Source: a virus
Length of the DNA stretch: 64,000 nucleotides
Strand: one strand, 5' to 3'
Virus record (IMG/VR): IMGVR_UViG_3300045988_118801
Location: 1 to 64,000 of that record
The position numbers were made by a program, and so were the translations under genes. Each line of letters opens with the position of its first letter. Within the stretch, counting starts at the first letter, position 1. Of the stretch, positions 53,063 through 62,209 are shown piece by piece. The notes below the pieces were generated by a model. The model was given only the letters and a program-made list of their open reading frames with translations. It was not told the DNA's origin and ran no database searches.

Positions 53063-53070
53063 TATATTTG
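53063..53070 (+). promoter_or_regulatory. candidate -7 box TATATTTG driving the non-coding RNA
   Basis: Matches TAnnTTTG, with TTTG about 20 nt upstream at 53040-53043. Confidence 0.45.
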
Positions 53071-53075
53071 CAATG

Positions 53076-53312
53076 TCATTAAGACAAGACATAATGAGTG
53101 GCAAAAGTTTCAGTTACTTCGGTGCTATATGAATTTTAAACTGAATCTTAAATATCCCTCTTTTATAACGTAGTGAAAAAATGGGTTACTTCAAATTATT
53201 AAGTGTTTAGGTTCGAGTCCTAATACGGTTTATCCGTATTAGCAATTGGTAGCAAAACCCATTTTAAACTATCTCGTTAATCAAAGGATACCATTCGTGG
53301 TATCCTTTTTTT
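53076..53312 (+). ncRNA. Y-RNA-like (YrlA-like) non-coding RNA with a tRNA-like module, upstream of the TROVE/Ro gene
   Basis: No ORF. T-arm TTAGG-TTCGAGT-CCTAA (53207-53223). Hairpin TACGG-tttat-CCGTA (53224-53238). 10-bp closing helix 53178-53187/53256-53265. UUCG-capped hairpin in the 5' half. Perfect terminator at the 3' end. Confidence 0.55.
53283..53312 (+). terminator. intrinsic terminator
   Basis: AAAGGATACCA-ttcg-TGGTATCCTTT (11 bp), then a T run. Confidence 0.75.
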
Positions 53313-53340
53313 GTTTATAAACATCTAAAACATTATAACT

Positions 53341-54726
53341 ATGAGTAAATTCAGCAAAAAAGAAAAATCAGTAAAAAACAGAGCTGGCGGTATCGCTTAC
53401 AAAGAGAGTGAAAACATGGAACTTGTATCTATGCTATTGTGTTCTTTTATGAACGATAAATTCTATGAGAATACAAAAGATTTTGAATCAAGACTTGAAA
53501 CATGTATAGAAAAGTGTGATAAGCTATTTGCGGCAAAAGCAATAGTATATGCCAGAAAAGAATTTGGAATGAGAAGTGTAACTCATGCAGCGGCTTCAAT
53601 ACTCGCCAAGCATGTGTCAGGTGAACCTTGGGCAAAATCATTCTATAATAATGTCGTTTATCGTTTGGATGATATTACTGAGATAATGGCTTACCATTTT
53701 TCCAAACAGAATAAGCTATCAAGTGCTATGAAGCGTGGGTTTGCTATGGCTTTCAACAGATTTGACGAATACCAGATTGCAAAGTACAAAGGCAGTAATA
53801 ACTCAATCAAGCTTGTCGATGCGGTAAATATGATTCACCCTAAAAAATCTGCAAAGAACGGAGATGCTATAGAAAAGCTGGTTAATGGAACTCTGAAATG
53901 CTCTGAAACATGGGAAAGCATGTTGTCTGATGCCGGCAACGACAAAGAAGCAAAAATAAAAGTATGGAAGAGCTTAATTTCTGAAAATAAGCTTGGATAT
54001 ATGGCACTACTTCGTAATGTGCGAAATATCGTATTGCTTGAAGACGATGAATTAAAAGCAATGTGCTATAAGGCACTTGTAAACAAAGACGCTATCCATA
54101 AATCATTGGTTTTACCTTTCAGATTTTTGACTGCATACGAACAGTTATCATTTGATTCAGAGGCGATGTCATACATAAGTCAGGCTTGCGAAATTGCTTG
54201 CGACAATGTACCTAAACTTGATGGTAAAACTCTGGTTGCACTTGATGTAAGTGGTTCTATGTATCGTGTTTCAAAGATAGCTTCTTTATTTGCGGCAGCA
54301 TTTGTTAAATCTAATCATTGTGACCTTGTTTCTTTCGATTATTCTGCCAGATACATAAATGTCAACTGGAATGACAGTTTGCTGACAATCCAAAGACAAT
54401 TAAACTTCTGTGGTGGTGGAACAAATTTCCCTTCTATATTCAATGTTGCTAACAAGAAATACGATAGGGTTATCATTCTTTCGGATATGCAAAGCTGGAT
54501 GAACAGACATTCCCCTAAACAAGCGTTTAAGTTTTATAAATCAAAATTCGGAATTAAAGACTGTAAGGTTTATTCAATAGACCTTCAAGGATATGGAACT
54601 TTACAGCTACCCCAAAAAGATGTATTCTGTCTTGCTGGCTTTAGCGAAAAAGTCTTTGACCTTATGAATCTAATAGAGCAGGGATATAATGCTCTTATGG
54701 ATAAAATCAATGAAATAACGCTGTAA
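53341..54726 (+). CDS. rsr: TROVE-domain (Ro60-like) protein with a C-terminal vWA domain
   Basis: N-terminus NRAGGIAYKESENMELVSMLLCSFMNDKFYE (TROVE-like). MIDAS LDVSGSM, then a vWA-like region to the C-terminus. Confidence 0.65.
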   Translation: MSKFSKKEKSVKNRAGGIAYKESENMELVSMLLCSFMNDKFYENTKDFESRLETCIEKCDKLFAAKAIVYARKEFGMRSVTHAAASILAKHVSGEPWAKSFYNNVVYRLDDITEIMAYHFSKQNKLSSAMKRGFAMAFNRFDEYQIAKYKGSNNSIKLVDAVNMIHPKKSAKNGDAIEKLVNGTLKCSETWESMLSDAGNDKEAKIKVWKSLISENKLGYMALLRNVRNIVLLEDDELKAMCYKALVNKDAIHKSLVLPFRFLTAYEQLSFDSEAMSYISQACEIACDNVPKLDGKTLVALDVSGSMYRVSKIASLFAAAFVKSNHCDLVSFDYSARYINVNWNDSLLTIQRQLNFCGGGTNFPSIFNVANKKYDRVIILSDMQSWMNRHSPKQAFKFYKSKFGIKDCKVYSIDLQGYGTLQLPQKDVFCLAGFSEKVFDLMNLIEQGYNALMDKINEITL

Positions 54727-54746
54727 ATCAAAAGATAAAGACTAAT

Positions 54747-55112
54747 ATGAATGTAAACTTGGATAAATTTGAAATGTACTACCTCTTGGAATCTTGCCTG
54801 AGAGGTAGTCACCTAAGAAGTGATGTAATTCTTAGATTTGTGGATGATTGGTATAAGTTGTTTACTCCTGACGAACGTGAATGTTTATATGATTGGGCTT
54901 TAAGGCTGATATATAACGGCGAATTTAAGCCATTTAACACAGCTTGTGGAGCTGACACAATCTTTATGGCAAGATATAATCCCGACAACAGATATAAAGT
55001 CACTATGATTGACGGTCAGGAAGTGGATGCGTTTCTTATGGATGATAAGTATTACATAAAGTCAAACAGATATTGCGAACCTAAGTTTATCAAAAAGATT
55101 GAGAAGATATGA
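54747..55112 (+). CDS. hypothetical protein
   Basis: ORF track. Confidence 0.5.
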   Translation: MNVNLDKFEMYYLLESCLRGSHLRSDVILRFVDDWYKLFTPDERECLYDWALRLIYNGEFKPFNTACGADTIFMARYNPDNRYKVTMIDGQEVDAFLMDDKYYIKSNRYCEPKFIKKIEKI

Positions 55113-55540
55113 GCAAGAAAGAAGAAAAAGCAAAGGAAAGCATACACAAATACTTTATGTGTAAAAGTGAAAAGTATGGATGCAGAGAAAAAGAATATTG
55201 TCAGTTTTGTAATGGGAAAAATACGGTACATGATTGCGACGAAGATTGTCAAGCTGATATTTATAACGAAGGTTTTTATGCAGGTTGGGATGAAGCTTTG
55301 AAAAATATATTAGTTGATGCTTCAAAAGAATTACCTGAATATGATATTGATGTTTGGGTGATTAATGAAGAAGGAGAGCAATTTTATTGCCATAGAAGTA
55401 AAAACAAAAGAGTGAAAGCATACAAAGATGAATGGTGCAATTATACTGGCTCTGATATTATTGCTTGGATTAGACCTATTTCATTTGAAGAAATACTTAA
55501 ATTGAATAAGGATGTTTTGGAAAGATTAAAAGATAAGTAA
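55109..55540 (+). CDS. hypothetical Cys-rich N-terminal protein
   Basis: ORF track, with a 4-nt overlap. Confidence 0.5.
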   Translation: MSKKEEKAKESIHKYFMCKSEKYGCREKEYCQFCNGKNTVHDCDEDCQADIYNEGFYAGWDEALKNILVDASKELPEYDIDVWVINEEGEQFYCHRSKNKRVKAYKDEWCNYTGSDIIAWIRPISFEEILKLNKDVLERLKDK

Positions 55541-55617
55541 TTATAGTAGGCGGTAGAAATATCGCCTATTTTAATGTTATTTAACTATATAAAATTGTAT
55601 AATGCATCTTCATATCG

Positions 55618-55625
55618 TATATTTG
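55618..55625 (+). promoter_or_regulatory. candidate -7 box TATATTTG
   Basis: Lies inside the track ORF 5' extension, 25 nt before the ATG at 55650. Confidence 0.4.
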
Positions 55626-55649
55626 TATCAAACATTAAAATATAATGAT

Positions 55650-56333
55650 ATGACAGGTATTTATATGATTACAGTTAAAGATGTGTATGCTTACATCGGT
55701 CAATCAGTTGATATTGATAACAGACTAAAAAAGCACAAAAGAGATATAGAGAATAAGTGTCATCCCAATATGGATAATGTAGGAGATTATTCTTTATCAG
55801 ATTGCAAGTTTTCTGTTTTGACGGAATGTAAAAGCGAAGAATTAAATGATATGGAATTAGAAATGTATGAGAAATACTCTACTTCATACATAATGCTAAA
55901 CAAAAGAGTGTGTGGAATACAAGGAGTAGTTGGTGAATCTTTAGTATTCTACAATGGTAAAAATCCAAATCTAAATTACAATAATGGAAGTTTTTATATA
56001 GAGGATATAAAAATAAATTCCACTGATAATATGTATTGCTTATCTGATTTAGTATTGTATATCAGAAACCATACAGACTATGACTTCAAGCTAAATGGAG
56101 TGCTTGTTAACAATGGTTTTATAGATAGAATTAACGCATTATGCGGATTGGCAATACCGAAAACAAGAAACACCGCTAAATATTTAAAGGAAGCTGGAAT
56201 TTATAAAGTTATAGGAGCAAGAGAAAACAAAAAAATATATTGCAGTTTTGAGGTTTTTGTAACATTTGCTTTTTATAGCTGCCCTCAATTTGCTGCTTCT
56301 ATTTGTATTATGATTGGAGATAAATTAAAGTAA
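55650..56333 (+). CDS. GIY-YIG homing endonuclease
   Basis: MTGIYMITVKDVYAYIGQSVDIDNRLKKHKR: GIY, then 9 residues, then YIG, plus the conserved Arg. Confidence 0.7.
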   Translation: MTGIYMITVKDVYAYIGQSVDIDNRLKKHKRDIENKCHPNMDNVGDYSLSDCKFSVLTECKSEELNDMELEMYEKYSTSYIMLNKRVCGIQGVVGESLVFYNGKNPNLNYNNGSFYIEDIKINSTDNMYCLSDLVLYIRNHTDYDFKLNGVLVNNGFIDRINALCGLAIPKTRNTAKYLKEAGIYKVIGARENKKIYCSFEVFVTFAFYSCPQFAASICIMIGDKLK

Positions 56334-56335
56334 CC

Positions 56336-57196
56336 ATGGAACATCAATTTTGCATAGAATTAGCTTCCTCTTACGGAATAGAGGAGGCTATCATAATACA
56401 CAATCTGTATTTTTGGATAAAGAAAAATGTAGCAAATGGGAGTAATTTCCACGATGGTAGATATTGGACTTACAATTCGAGTAAGGCATTTTCTATATTA
56501 TTCCCATATATGACTGAATCTAAAATATATAGAGTGCTTAAATCTCTTGAAGAAAAAGGACTTATAGTTAAAGGCAATTATAATGATACAAAGTATGATA
56601 GAACAACATGGTACTCTTTATCTGATAAAGCCTTAGAAGAATTAAATGTATTAAAATATGACACTAACGGATTTTCAGAAAGCATTTTACGAAAAGAAGA
56701 AAAGGATTTTGCAAAAATGCAAAATGGAATATACGAAAGTGAAGAACCTATACCATATAGTAAACATACAGATAGTAATACAGATAAAAAAGAAGATACT
56801 ATCGTATCTAAGAAAGATGATTTGGACTATGATTTAATACTTAATTCTTGGAATAACATTGCTGATATTGCTGTTGGAGTTAGTAAAGTCAAAAGCATAA
56901 CAGACGATAGAAAAAAAATAATCAAAAGACTTATCACCAAATGCAAGACAAGCGTTGAAGAAATAGTGAAACTTATAAATACTATTCCTTATGCCGATGA
57001 TTGGGTTTTAGGTAAAGGTGGTAAAGACTGGACTATAAACTTTGACTTCCTTATGAAAAACACAAGTAATTGGTATGTCAGAGCTTTAGAGGGTGATATG
57101 CACAGAAAAAACAGATACGAATTTGATAAGATTATGAACGGAGAATGTTTATCTTTGCATACAGAAAATAGTGATACTCCTAAATTTCAATTCTAA
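56336..57196 (+). CDS. winged-helix replication-associated protein (replisome organiser?)
   Basis: The N-terminus WIKKNVANGSNFHDGRYWTYNSSKAFSILFPYMTESKIYRVLKSLEEKGLI resembles phage replication-initiator wHTH proteins. Lies directly upstream of the primase-helicase. Confidence 0.4.
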   Translation: MEHQFCIELASSYGIEEAIIIHNLYFWIKKNVANGSNFHDGRYWTYNSSKAFSILFPYMTESKIYRVLKSLEEKGLIVKGNYNDTKYDRTTWYSLSDKALEELNVLKYDTNGFSESILRKEEKDFAKMQNGIYESEEPIPYSKHTDSNTDKKEDTIVSKKDDLDYDLILNSWNNIADIAVGVSKVKSITDDRKKIIKRLITKCKTSVEEIVKLINTIPYADDWVLGKGGKDWTINFDFLMKNTSNWYVRALEGDMHRKNRYEFDKIMNGECLSLHTENSDTPKFQF

Positions 57197-57198
57197 AT

Positions 57199-59361
57199 AT
57201 GATTGATAAAAGTGAAATATACAAATGGTGGAAACTTTTTAAGGACGAAAAAGACCTTGTTGAAATTCGTATTCTTGGGAAAAGGTCATTTAGCGGATAT
57301 TACAAGAACATAGACAATCTTATTCGTGATGTTGAGAAGTTTGACAATGACCCTGAACTGCAAATTTACTACACCTTAAATTATATCAATGACGGATGCT
57401 ACGGAAGAGCGCAAAACGAAAAGATTGCAATGTCGCCTAAAAGCACTACAAACGACACTGATATTATTGGAAGAAAGTTTGTGCTAATTGATTTAGACCC
57501 GAAAAGAACAACAAACGTAAATTCAAGCAATGAAGAATTGCAGTTAGCTAGACAGAAAGCGGCTGATATTTATAAGTTTCTTTTGGCTAACGGATTTAAC
57601 GATCCGATAGTTTGTTGCAGCGGTAACGGTTTTCATCTCAACATACCATGCCGTATTGGTGTATCAGAAGAAACAGATAACCTTATAAAGCGTTTCTTAC
57701 TTGCACTGTCAATGCTTTTTTCGGACGATAAGGTAGAGGTTGATGAAAAGGTATTCAACAGGGCAAGAATCAGTAAATTGTACGGTACTACCGCTAAAAA
57801 AGGGGCTAACATTCCTGAAAGACCGTGGAGAATGAGTAATATTCTTAAATATCCTGACGAAATAAAGCCAGTAGACATTGAGTATTTTAAGAAGATTGCT
57901 GATATGTATCCCGAAGATGAAATAAAACCTTCTTCGGATAATAATTACTCAAAAGAGAAATTTGATTTAGTTTCTTTCTTGGATAAGCATGATATAAAAT
58001 ATCGTGTTCAGTCTATTGCCGGAGGAAGAAAGTATATTCTTGAACATTGTGTTTTTAACCCCGACCATAAAAATAAGGATGCTGTAATATTTCAAAGGGA
58101 TAACGGTGCTATAAGTTACGTTTGTTTACACAATTCGTGCAGCCACTATACTTGGAAGGATGTCAGGCTTAAATTTGAACCTAATGCCTATGATAAAAAA
58201 GACTACAAGGAATTTCAATACAAACAAAGATATTACGGTCAGATAGAAGTCCCATTTGAGCCTATAAAGGAAACCGAAGAAAAAGGCAAGAAATGGTTGT
58301 CTTTCAAGGATATTAAGACTACAAAAATTAGCGATGTGACTGCAATACCTACTGGGTTTACAGTTTTAGACAGAGCTATAAAAGGATTGCTTTTAGGGGA
58401 GGTAACTTTGTTGTCGGGCATTAATGGTAGCGGAAAGTCTAGTTTGCTTAACATAGTAATGATAAACGCTATTCAAAGAGGTTTTAAAACGGCTTGTTTT
58501 TCGGGGGAACTTACACCTGAAAATATGAAAAGGTGGATGTTTCTTCCAACGGCAGGTAAGCAATACTCCATAAAAGACCCTAACCACGACAATGTTTATG
58601 ATGTAGATGATAGAGTAGTTGAAAAGATTGAAGATTGGTTTGAGGGAAAGTTTTTCCTTTTCAATAATGATTATGGCAATAGATATGAGCAAATATTGTC
58701 TGATATTAAAGAGATTATAATCGAAAAAGGTGTAAGGTTTCTTGTTATAGACAACCTTATGGCTGTAAATCTTGGTGAAAAGGGAGATAAAAACGACAGA
58801 CAAAAGAATTTTATCCTTGAAGTTGTGGAAATGGCTAAAAAGTATCAGGTACATATAATTATTGTCGCACATCCTAGAAAAGAGAGTGGTAACCAAACTC
58901 TTCTTAGAAAAGAATCCATCAGTGGCTCTAGTGACCTCGGTAATGCTGTACAGAATATAGCTATCGTTCATCGTGTAGGAGAGGATTTTGTAAAACGAGC
59001 AAGTGAGTTTTTTGGGAAACAGAAAGTCGAGAAATATATGGAGTATAGTAATGTGCTAGAATTATGCAAAAATCGCTCCATGGGAGTTGTTGATTTTCTT
59101 GTGGGAATGTACTTTGAACCCGAAACAAGGAGGTTTAAGAACTACCAAGCTGAATGTCTGCATTACGGTTGGGAAGAACAGCCATCGCAAGGGTATTTAA
59201 GATACATGGAGAATCAGAAAGTAAACGATTATCTCAATAGAAACAACTCTGATTATGAAAGAGTATCTCCCGACTTGCAATCATTCCAGCAGCAATACGA
59301 CAATGCAAGTAGTAATTTGCCTTTTGGTTATACGATAGAAAAAGGAGAAATACCATTTTAG
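57199..59361 (+). CDS. AEP-type primase-polymerase fused to an SF4 (DnaB/RecA-like) helicase
   Basis: AEP motifs LIDLD, SGNGFH and NRARISKLYGT. Helicase Walker A GINGSGKSS and Walker B FLVIDNLM. Confidence 0.75.
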   Translation: MIDKSEIYKWWKLFKDEKDLVEIRILGKRSFSGYYKNIDNLIRDVEKFDNDPELQIYYTLNYINDGCYGRAQNEKIAMSPKSTTNDTDIIGRKFVLIDLDPKRTTNVNSSNEELQLARQKAADIYKFLLANGFNDPIVCCSGNGFHLNIPCRIGVSEETDNLIKRFLLALSMLFSDDKVEVDEKVFNRARISKLYGTTAKKGANIPERPWRMSNILKYPDEIKPVDIEYFKKIADMYPEDEIKPSSDNNYSKEKFDLVSFLDKHDIKYRVQSIAGGRKYILEHCVFNPDHKNKDAVIFQRDNGAISYVCLHNSCSHYTWKDVRLKFEPNAYDKKDYKEFQYKQRYYGQIEVPFEPIKETEEKGKKWLSFKDIKTTKISDVTAIPTGFTVLDRAIKGLLLGEVTLLSGINGSGKSSLLNIVMINAIQRGFKTACFSGELTPENMKRWMFLPTAGKQYSIKDPNHDNVYDVDDRVVEKIEDWFEGKFFLFNNDYGNRYEQILSDIKEIIIEKGVRFLVIDNLMAVNLGEKGDKNDRQKNFILEVVEMAKKYQVHIIIVAHPRKESGNQTLLRKESISGSSDLGNAVQNIAIVHRVGEDFVKRASEFFGKQKVEKYMEYSNVLELCKNRSMGVVDFLVGMYFEPETRRFKNYQAECLHYGWEEQPSQGYLRYMENQKVNDYLNRNNSDYERVSPDLQSFQQQYDNASSNLPFGYTIEKGEIPF

Positions 59362-59362
59362 T

Positions 59363-59497
59363 ATGAAAGAAAGTTATGTAAAATTTGGAAAGATTACATG
59401 TCTTTACTATGAGAAGGGCAAATGTATCAAGGAAAAGAAGAATTGTGACGGAGAATGTCAGGAGTTAATTGATTTTTTAAAGAGCTTGAAGTTATGA
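59363..59497 (+). CDS. hypothetical 44-aa Cys-rich protein
   Basis: MKESYVKFGKITCLYYEKGKCIKEKKNCDGECQELIDFLKSLKL. ATGA overlap with the next gene. Confidence 0.35.
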   Translation: MKESYVKFGKITCLYYEKGKCIKEKKNCDGECQELIDFLKSLKL

Positions 59498-59748
59498 AAG
59501 AATACTTAATAAAGTTATGTCATGGAGATTTTATTTATGCAAAATATGTATATAAAAGTTGTTTTGTTAAAATAGAAATGTCAGAAGATGAAAAAAAAGA
59601 TTTTCATGAAAGATGTAATCAAGGTGAAGAAATGTATGTTGTTTTTGCGGGTAGAAATGAAAGGATTAGATTTAAAATTAAAAAACATATTCCTTTTTTG
59701 ACTAACTCTTATAAAAGTCATGTTGTTGTTGAATTGATAAAAGAATAA
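59494..59748 (+). CDS. hypothetical protein
   Basis: ORF track. Confidence 0.5.
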   Translation: MKEYLIKLCHGDFIYAKYVYKSCFVKIEMSEDEKKDFHERCNQGEEMYVVFAGRNERIRFKIKKHIPFLTNSYKSHVVVELIKE

Positions 59749-59752
59749 AATT

Positions 59753-60526
59753 ATGGAAGATATAAAGTTATGGCATGGTGATTGTCTTGAAGAAATGAAG
59801 AAAATAGCGGATAAGTCGGTAGATTGCATTATTTGCGATTTACCCTACGGTACTACCGCTAATAAATGGGATGTTATTATACCTTTCGAAGAACTTTGGA
59901 AAGAATATAAAAGGATTATCAAGGATAACGGAGCAATAGTTTTATTTGCAAACGAACCTTTTGCTTCTTATTTAAGACTTTCAAATATAGAATGGTATAA
60001 ATATGATTGGGTTTGGGACAAGAAACATACTACAAATCAATTAAACGCTAAAAAACAGCCACTTCGTCAGCATGAATTGATATGTGTTTTTTATAAAAGG
60101 CAATGTTTATACAATCCAATTATGCACGAGAATAGGCTTAAAAGGTCTTTTATAGGTAAAATAAATAAATCTCAAAAAATGAGTGATAATTACGGAAAAC
60201 AATATGACTATATATCCAACATATCTAACAAAAGTAAATCATATCCAAGAAGTATTATTTCTCAAACATCTGTCGTGGGGAACTCAAAAGAAAAAGTTTC
60301 ACATCCCACTCAAAAACCTACTGCTTTAATCGAATATCTAATAAACACTTATTCTAATGAAGGCGATTTAATTCTTGACAACACAGCAGGAAGTATGACA
60401 ACCGCCATTGCGGCTATCAACACTAATAGAAAGTGTATCTGTATAGAAAAGGATGATAAATATTTTGAGATAGGTAGTGAGAGAGTGAGAAAATATTTAG
60501 AGAATAAACAACTTAATTTATTTTGA
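59753..60526 (+). CDS. DNA N6-adenine/N4-cytosine methyltransferase (beta class)
   Basis: Catalytic DLPY (DPPY-type) at the N-terminus. SAM-binding LILDNTAGSMTT near the C-terminus. Confidence 0.75.
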   Translation: MEDIKLWHGDCLEEMKKIADKSVDCIICDLPYGTTANKWDVIIPFEELWKEYKRIIKDNGAIVLFANEPFASYLRLSNIEWYKYDWVWDKKHTTNQLNAKKQPLRQHELICVFYKRQCLYNPIMHENRLKRSFIGKINKSQKMSDNYGKQYDYISNISNKSKSYPRSIISQTSVVGNSKEKVSHPTQKPTALIEYLINTYSNEGDLILDNTAGSMTTAIAAINTNRKCICIEKDDKYFEIGSERVRKYLENKQLNLF

Positions 60527-60530
60527 AGCT

Positions 60531-60725
60531 ATGAGAAAGTATTATTATTACGTTTACAGAGTTGACGGTAGATTTGGCAATGGAATATGCTATTCAGATA
60601 GCGGAGAGTTTGAGTTATTAGGGATGATGGAGATATTGAAAGAACAGAATAAGGCAGATTGTATTATTACCTTTTGGCACGAAATATCTTCAAGTCAATA
60701 CCAAAAACTATTTGAAATGTTTTGA
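60531..60725 (+). CDS. hypothetical protein
   Basis: ORF track. Confidence 0.45.
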   Translation: MRKYYYYVYRVDGRFGNGICYSDSGEFELLGMMEILKEQNKADCIITFWHEISSSQYQKLFEMF

Positions 60726-60743
60726 AAATCAAAGTAAATAGCT

Positions 60744-60751
60744 TATTTTTG
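60744..60751 (+). promoter_or_regulatory. candidate -7 box TATTTTTG
   Basis: Intergenic, 21 nt before the ATG at 60772. Confidence 0.4.
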
Positions 60752-60771
60752 TAAAAGTAAACTTTATTTTT

Positions 60772-61275
60772 ATGGAAATAGATTTAAAGAAATACAGAGA
60801 AAACGCAAGGATTCACAATCTTTGTTCCGAGTATTCGGAGATTTGGGACAGATGTAAAAGTGACAAGCAGATTATGGATATGGCTTTAGGTTCTAAAGGT
60901 CTTGACTATATCTGTGATACAATAGCAAAAGGATGGGGCATAAGTCCCGGTATTATATGCGGCAGATTTGCAAGATTTATCAACGGTGGATATGTTGCTA
61001 GTCTTAACGGATATAATTCAAAATTGTACTGTCACTACAACGGAGAAATAGAAGCTGACACTACTATCATGGGAATCATTGAATCAGATGTTACTATCAA
61101 TGTTTCTTCTTTCAAGATTTGCGATATATATGTGACTGGCAAATGTCATATAAATGTAAAAGGCGAAGGCTCTATAGTTCTCGTATGCTATGGAAATCCC
61201 GAAGATATAACTGTGAGTGGGACTTGCGGAAATTTGAAACGTATCAATAAGAAAGGAAGGGACAGATATGAATGA
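60772..61275 (+). CDS. hypothetical protein
   Basis: ORF track. Confidence 0.5.
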   Translation: MEIDLKKYRENARIHNLCSEYSEIWDRCKSDKQIMDMALGSKGLDYICDTIAKGWGISPGIICGRFARFINGGYVASLNGYNSKLYCHYNGEIEADTTIMGIIESDVTINVSSFKICDIYVTGKCHINVKGEGSIVLVCYGNPEDITVSGTCGNLKRINKKGRDRYE

Positions 61276-61726
61276 GGACTATAAGTTTTATATGTCAAGA
61301 TACATAAATGACGAAGAAGGATGGGAAGCGGAAGTAGAACTTACCGAAAAGTTTAAGGGACTTATATTTTGTCAGGTTGAAGGATTGAGCAGTTACGGAA
61401 AAGTAAAAAATATATACACAGAATCATTTGCTGAATCAGATACGTTGAGAGTGTATTTGCCTGAAAAGGTGACAAGAGAAAGCACGGATATAAAGCTGAC
61501 GGTTGTATTCTCCGACAAAGACAGACGAGATGTGTATGACAGCTTTGTTGATTATGTCACAGGGTATAAGTTGAAATATTGGGACACAATAAGAAACCGA
61601 GAAGTTATTCTCTTGCAGACTGACAAAATAGAAGTAGAAGAGGATATTATTTACGGAAGTGCACCATATATTGCGGTTGAATTTCCGTTCAAGAACATTA
61701 AAGGTCAAACAATTAAACATGTATAA
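61268..61726 (+). CDS. hypothetical protein
   Basis: ORF track. Confidence 0.5.
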   Translation: MNEDYKFYMSRYINDEEGWEAEVELTEKFKGLIFCQVEGLSSYGKVKNIYTESFAESDTLRVYLPEKVTRESTDIKLTVVFSDKDRRDVYDSFVDYVTGYKLKYWDTIRNREVILLQTDKIEVEEDIIYGSAPYIAVEFPFKNIKGQTIKHV

Positions 61727-61729
61727 TTT

Positions 61730-62209
61730 ATGAAACCACAAGTAGAAGTAACATTAGATTTAGGTATTGAAAAAGTAGTATTGAACTTTACAGACACAGA
61801 CGATATTGACCGTCTGATTGAAGTTTTGAACAACACACGTACGGAGTTGGAACGTCTGATTGAGATGAAGCGCATCAAGAACAGAGAAAAGCGCAAACGT
61901 AGAAAAGGAAGAATTGATTTTGATAAACCAAATGTAAAACAAGGTTTGGATGAATCGTGCGCTATTCCTGATGGTTTGAGTGAGGCTATGCGTAAGGTTT
62001 TCCTTGAAATTTCAAAGAAGATGAAAGAAGATATTCTCAAAAGGGAGGTAAAAAGAAATCCTGACGCAGAAAAAGAAGAACAGCTTTATAATGATATTAT
62101 GAAGCATTATGATGAGCTTGATGATTTTACCAAGTCTATTATGCGTCCTATTATTGAGCAAGTAGAAGATGCTCATAAGAAATTCTGCGAATCTAAAAAG
62201 AATGACTAA
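61730..62209 (+). CDS. hypothetical charged protein
   Basis: ORF track. Confidence 0.5.
   Translation: MKPQVEVTLDLGIEKVVLNFTDTDDIDRLIEVLNNTRTELERLIEMKRIKNREKRKRRKGRIDFDKPNVKQGLDESCAIPDGLSEAMRKVFLEISKKMKEDILKREVKRNPDAEKEEQLYNDIMKHYDELDDFTKSIMRPIIEQVEDAHKKFCESKKND

Noticed and set aside
53178-53265. Possible tRNA gene, because of the GGTTCGAGTCC T-loop consensus.
   Set aside because: There is no 7-bp acceptor stem partner for the sequence after the T-arm. There is no anticodon arm with a 7-nt loop. The T-arm precedes the D-loop-like string, which is the wrong order. It is better explained as the tRNA-like module of a Y-RNA-like transcript.
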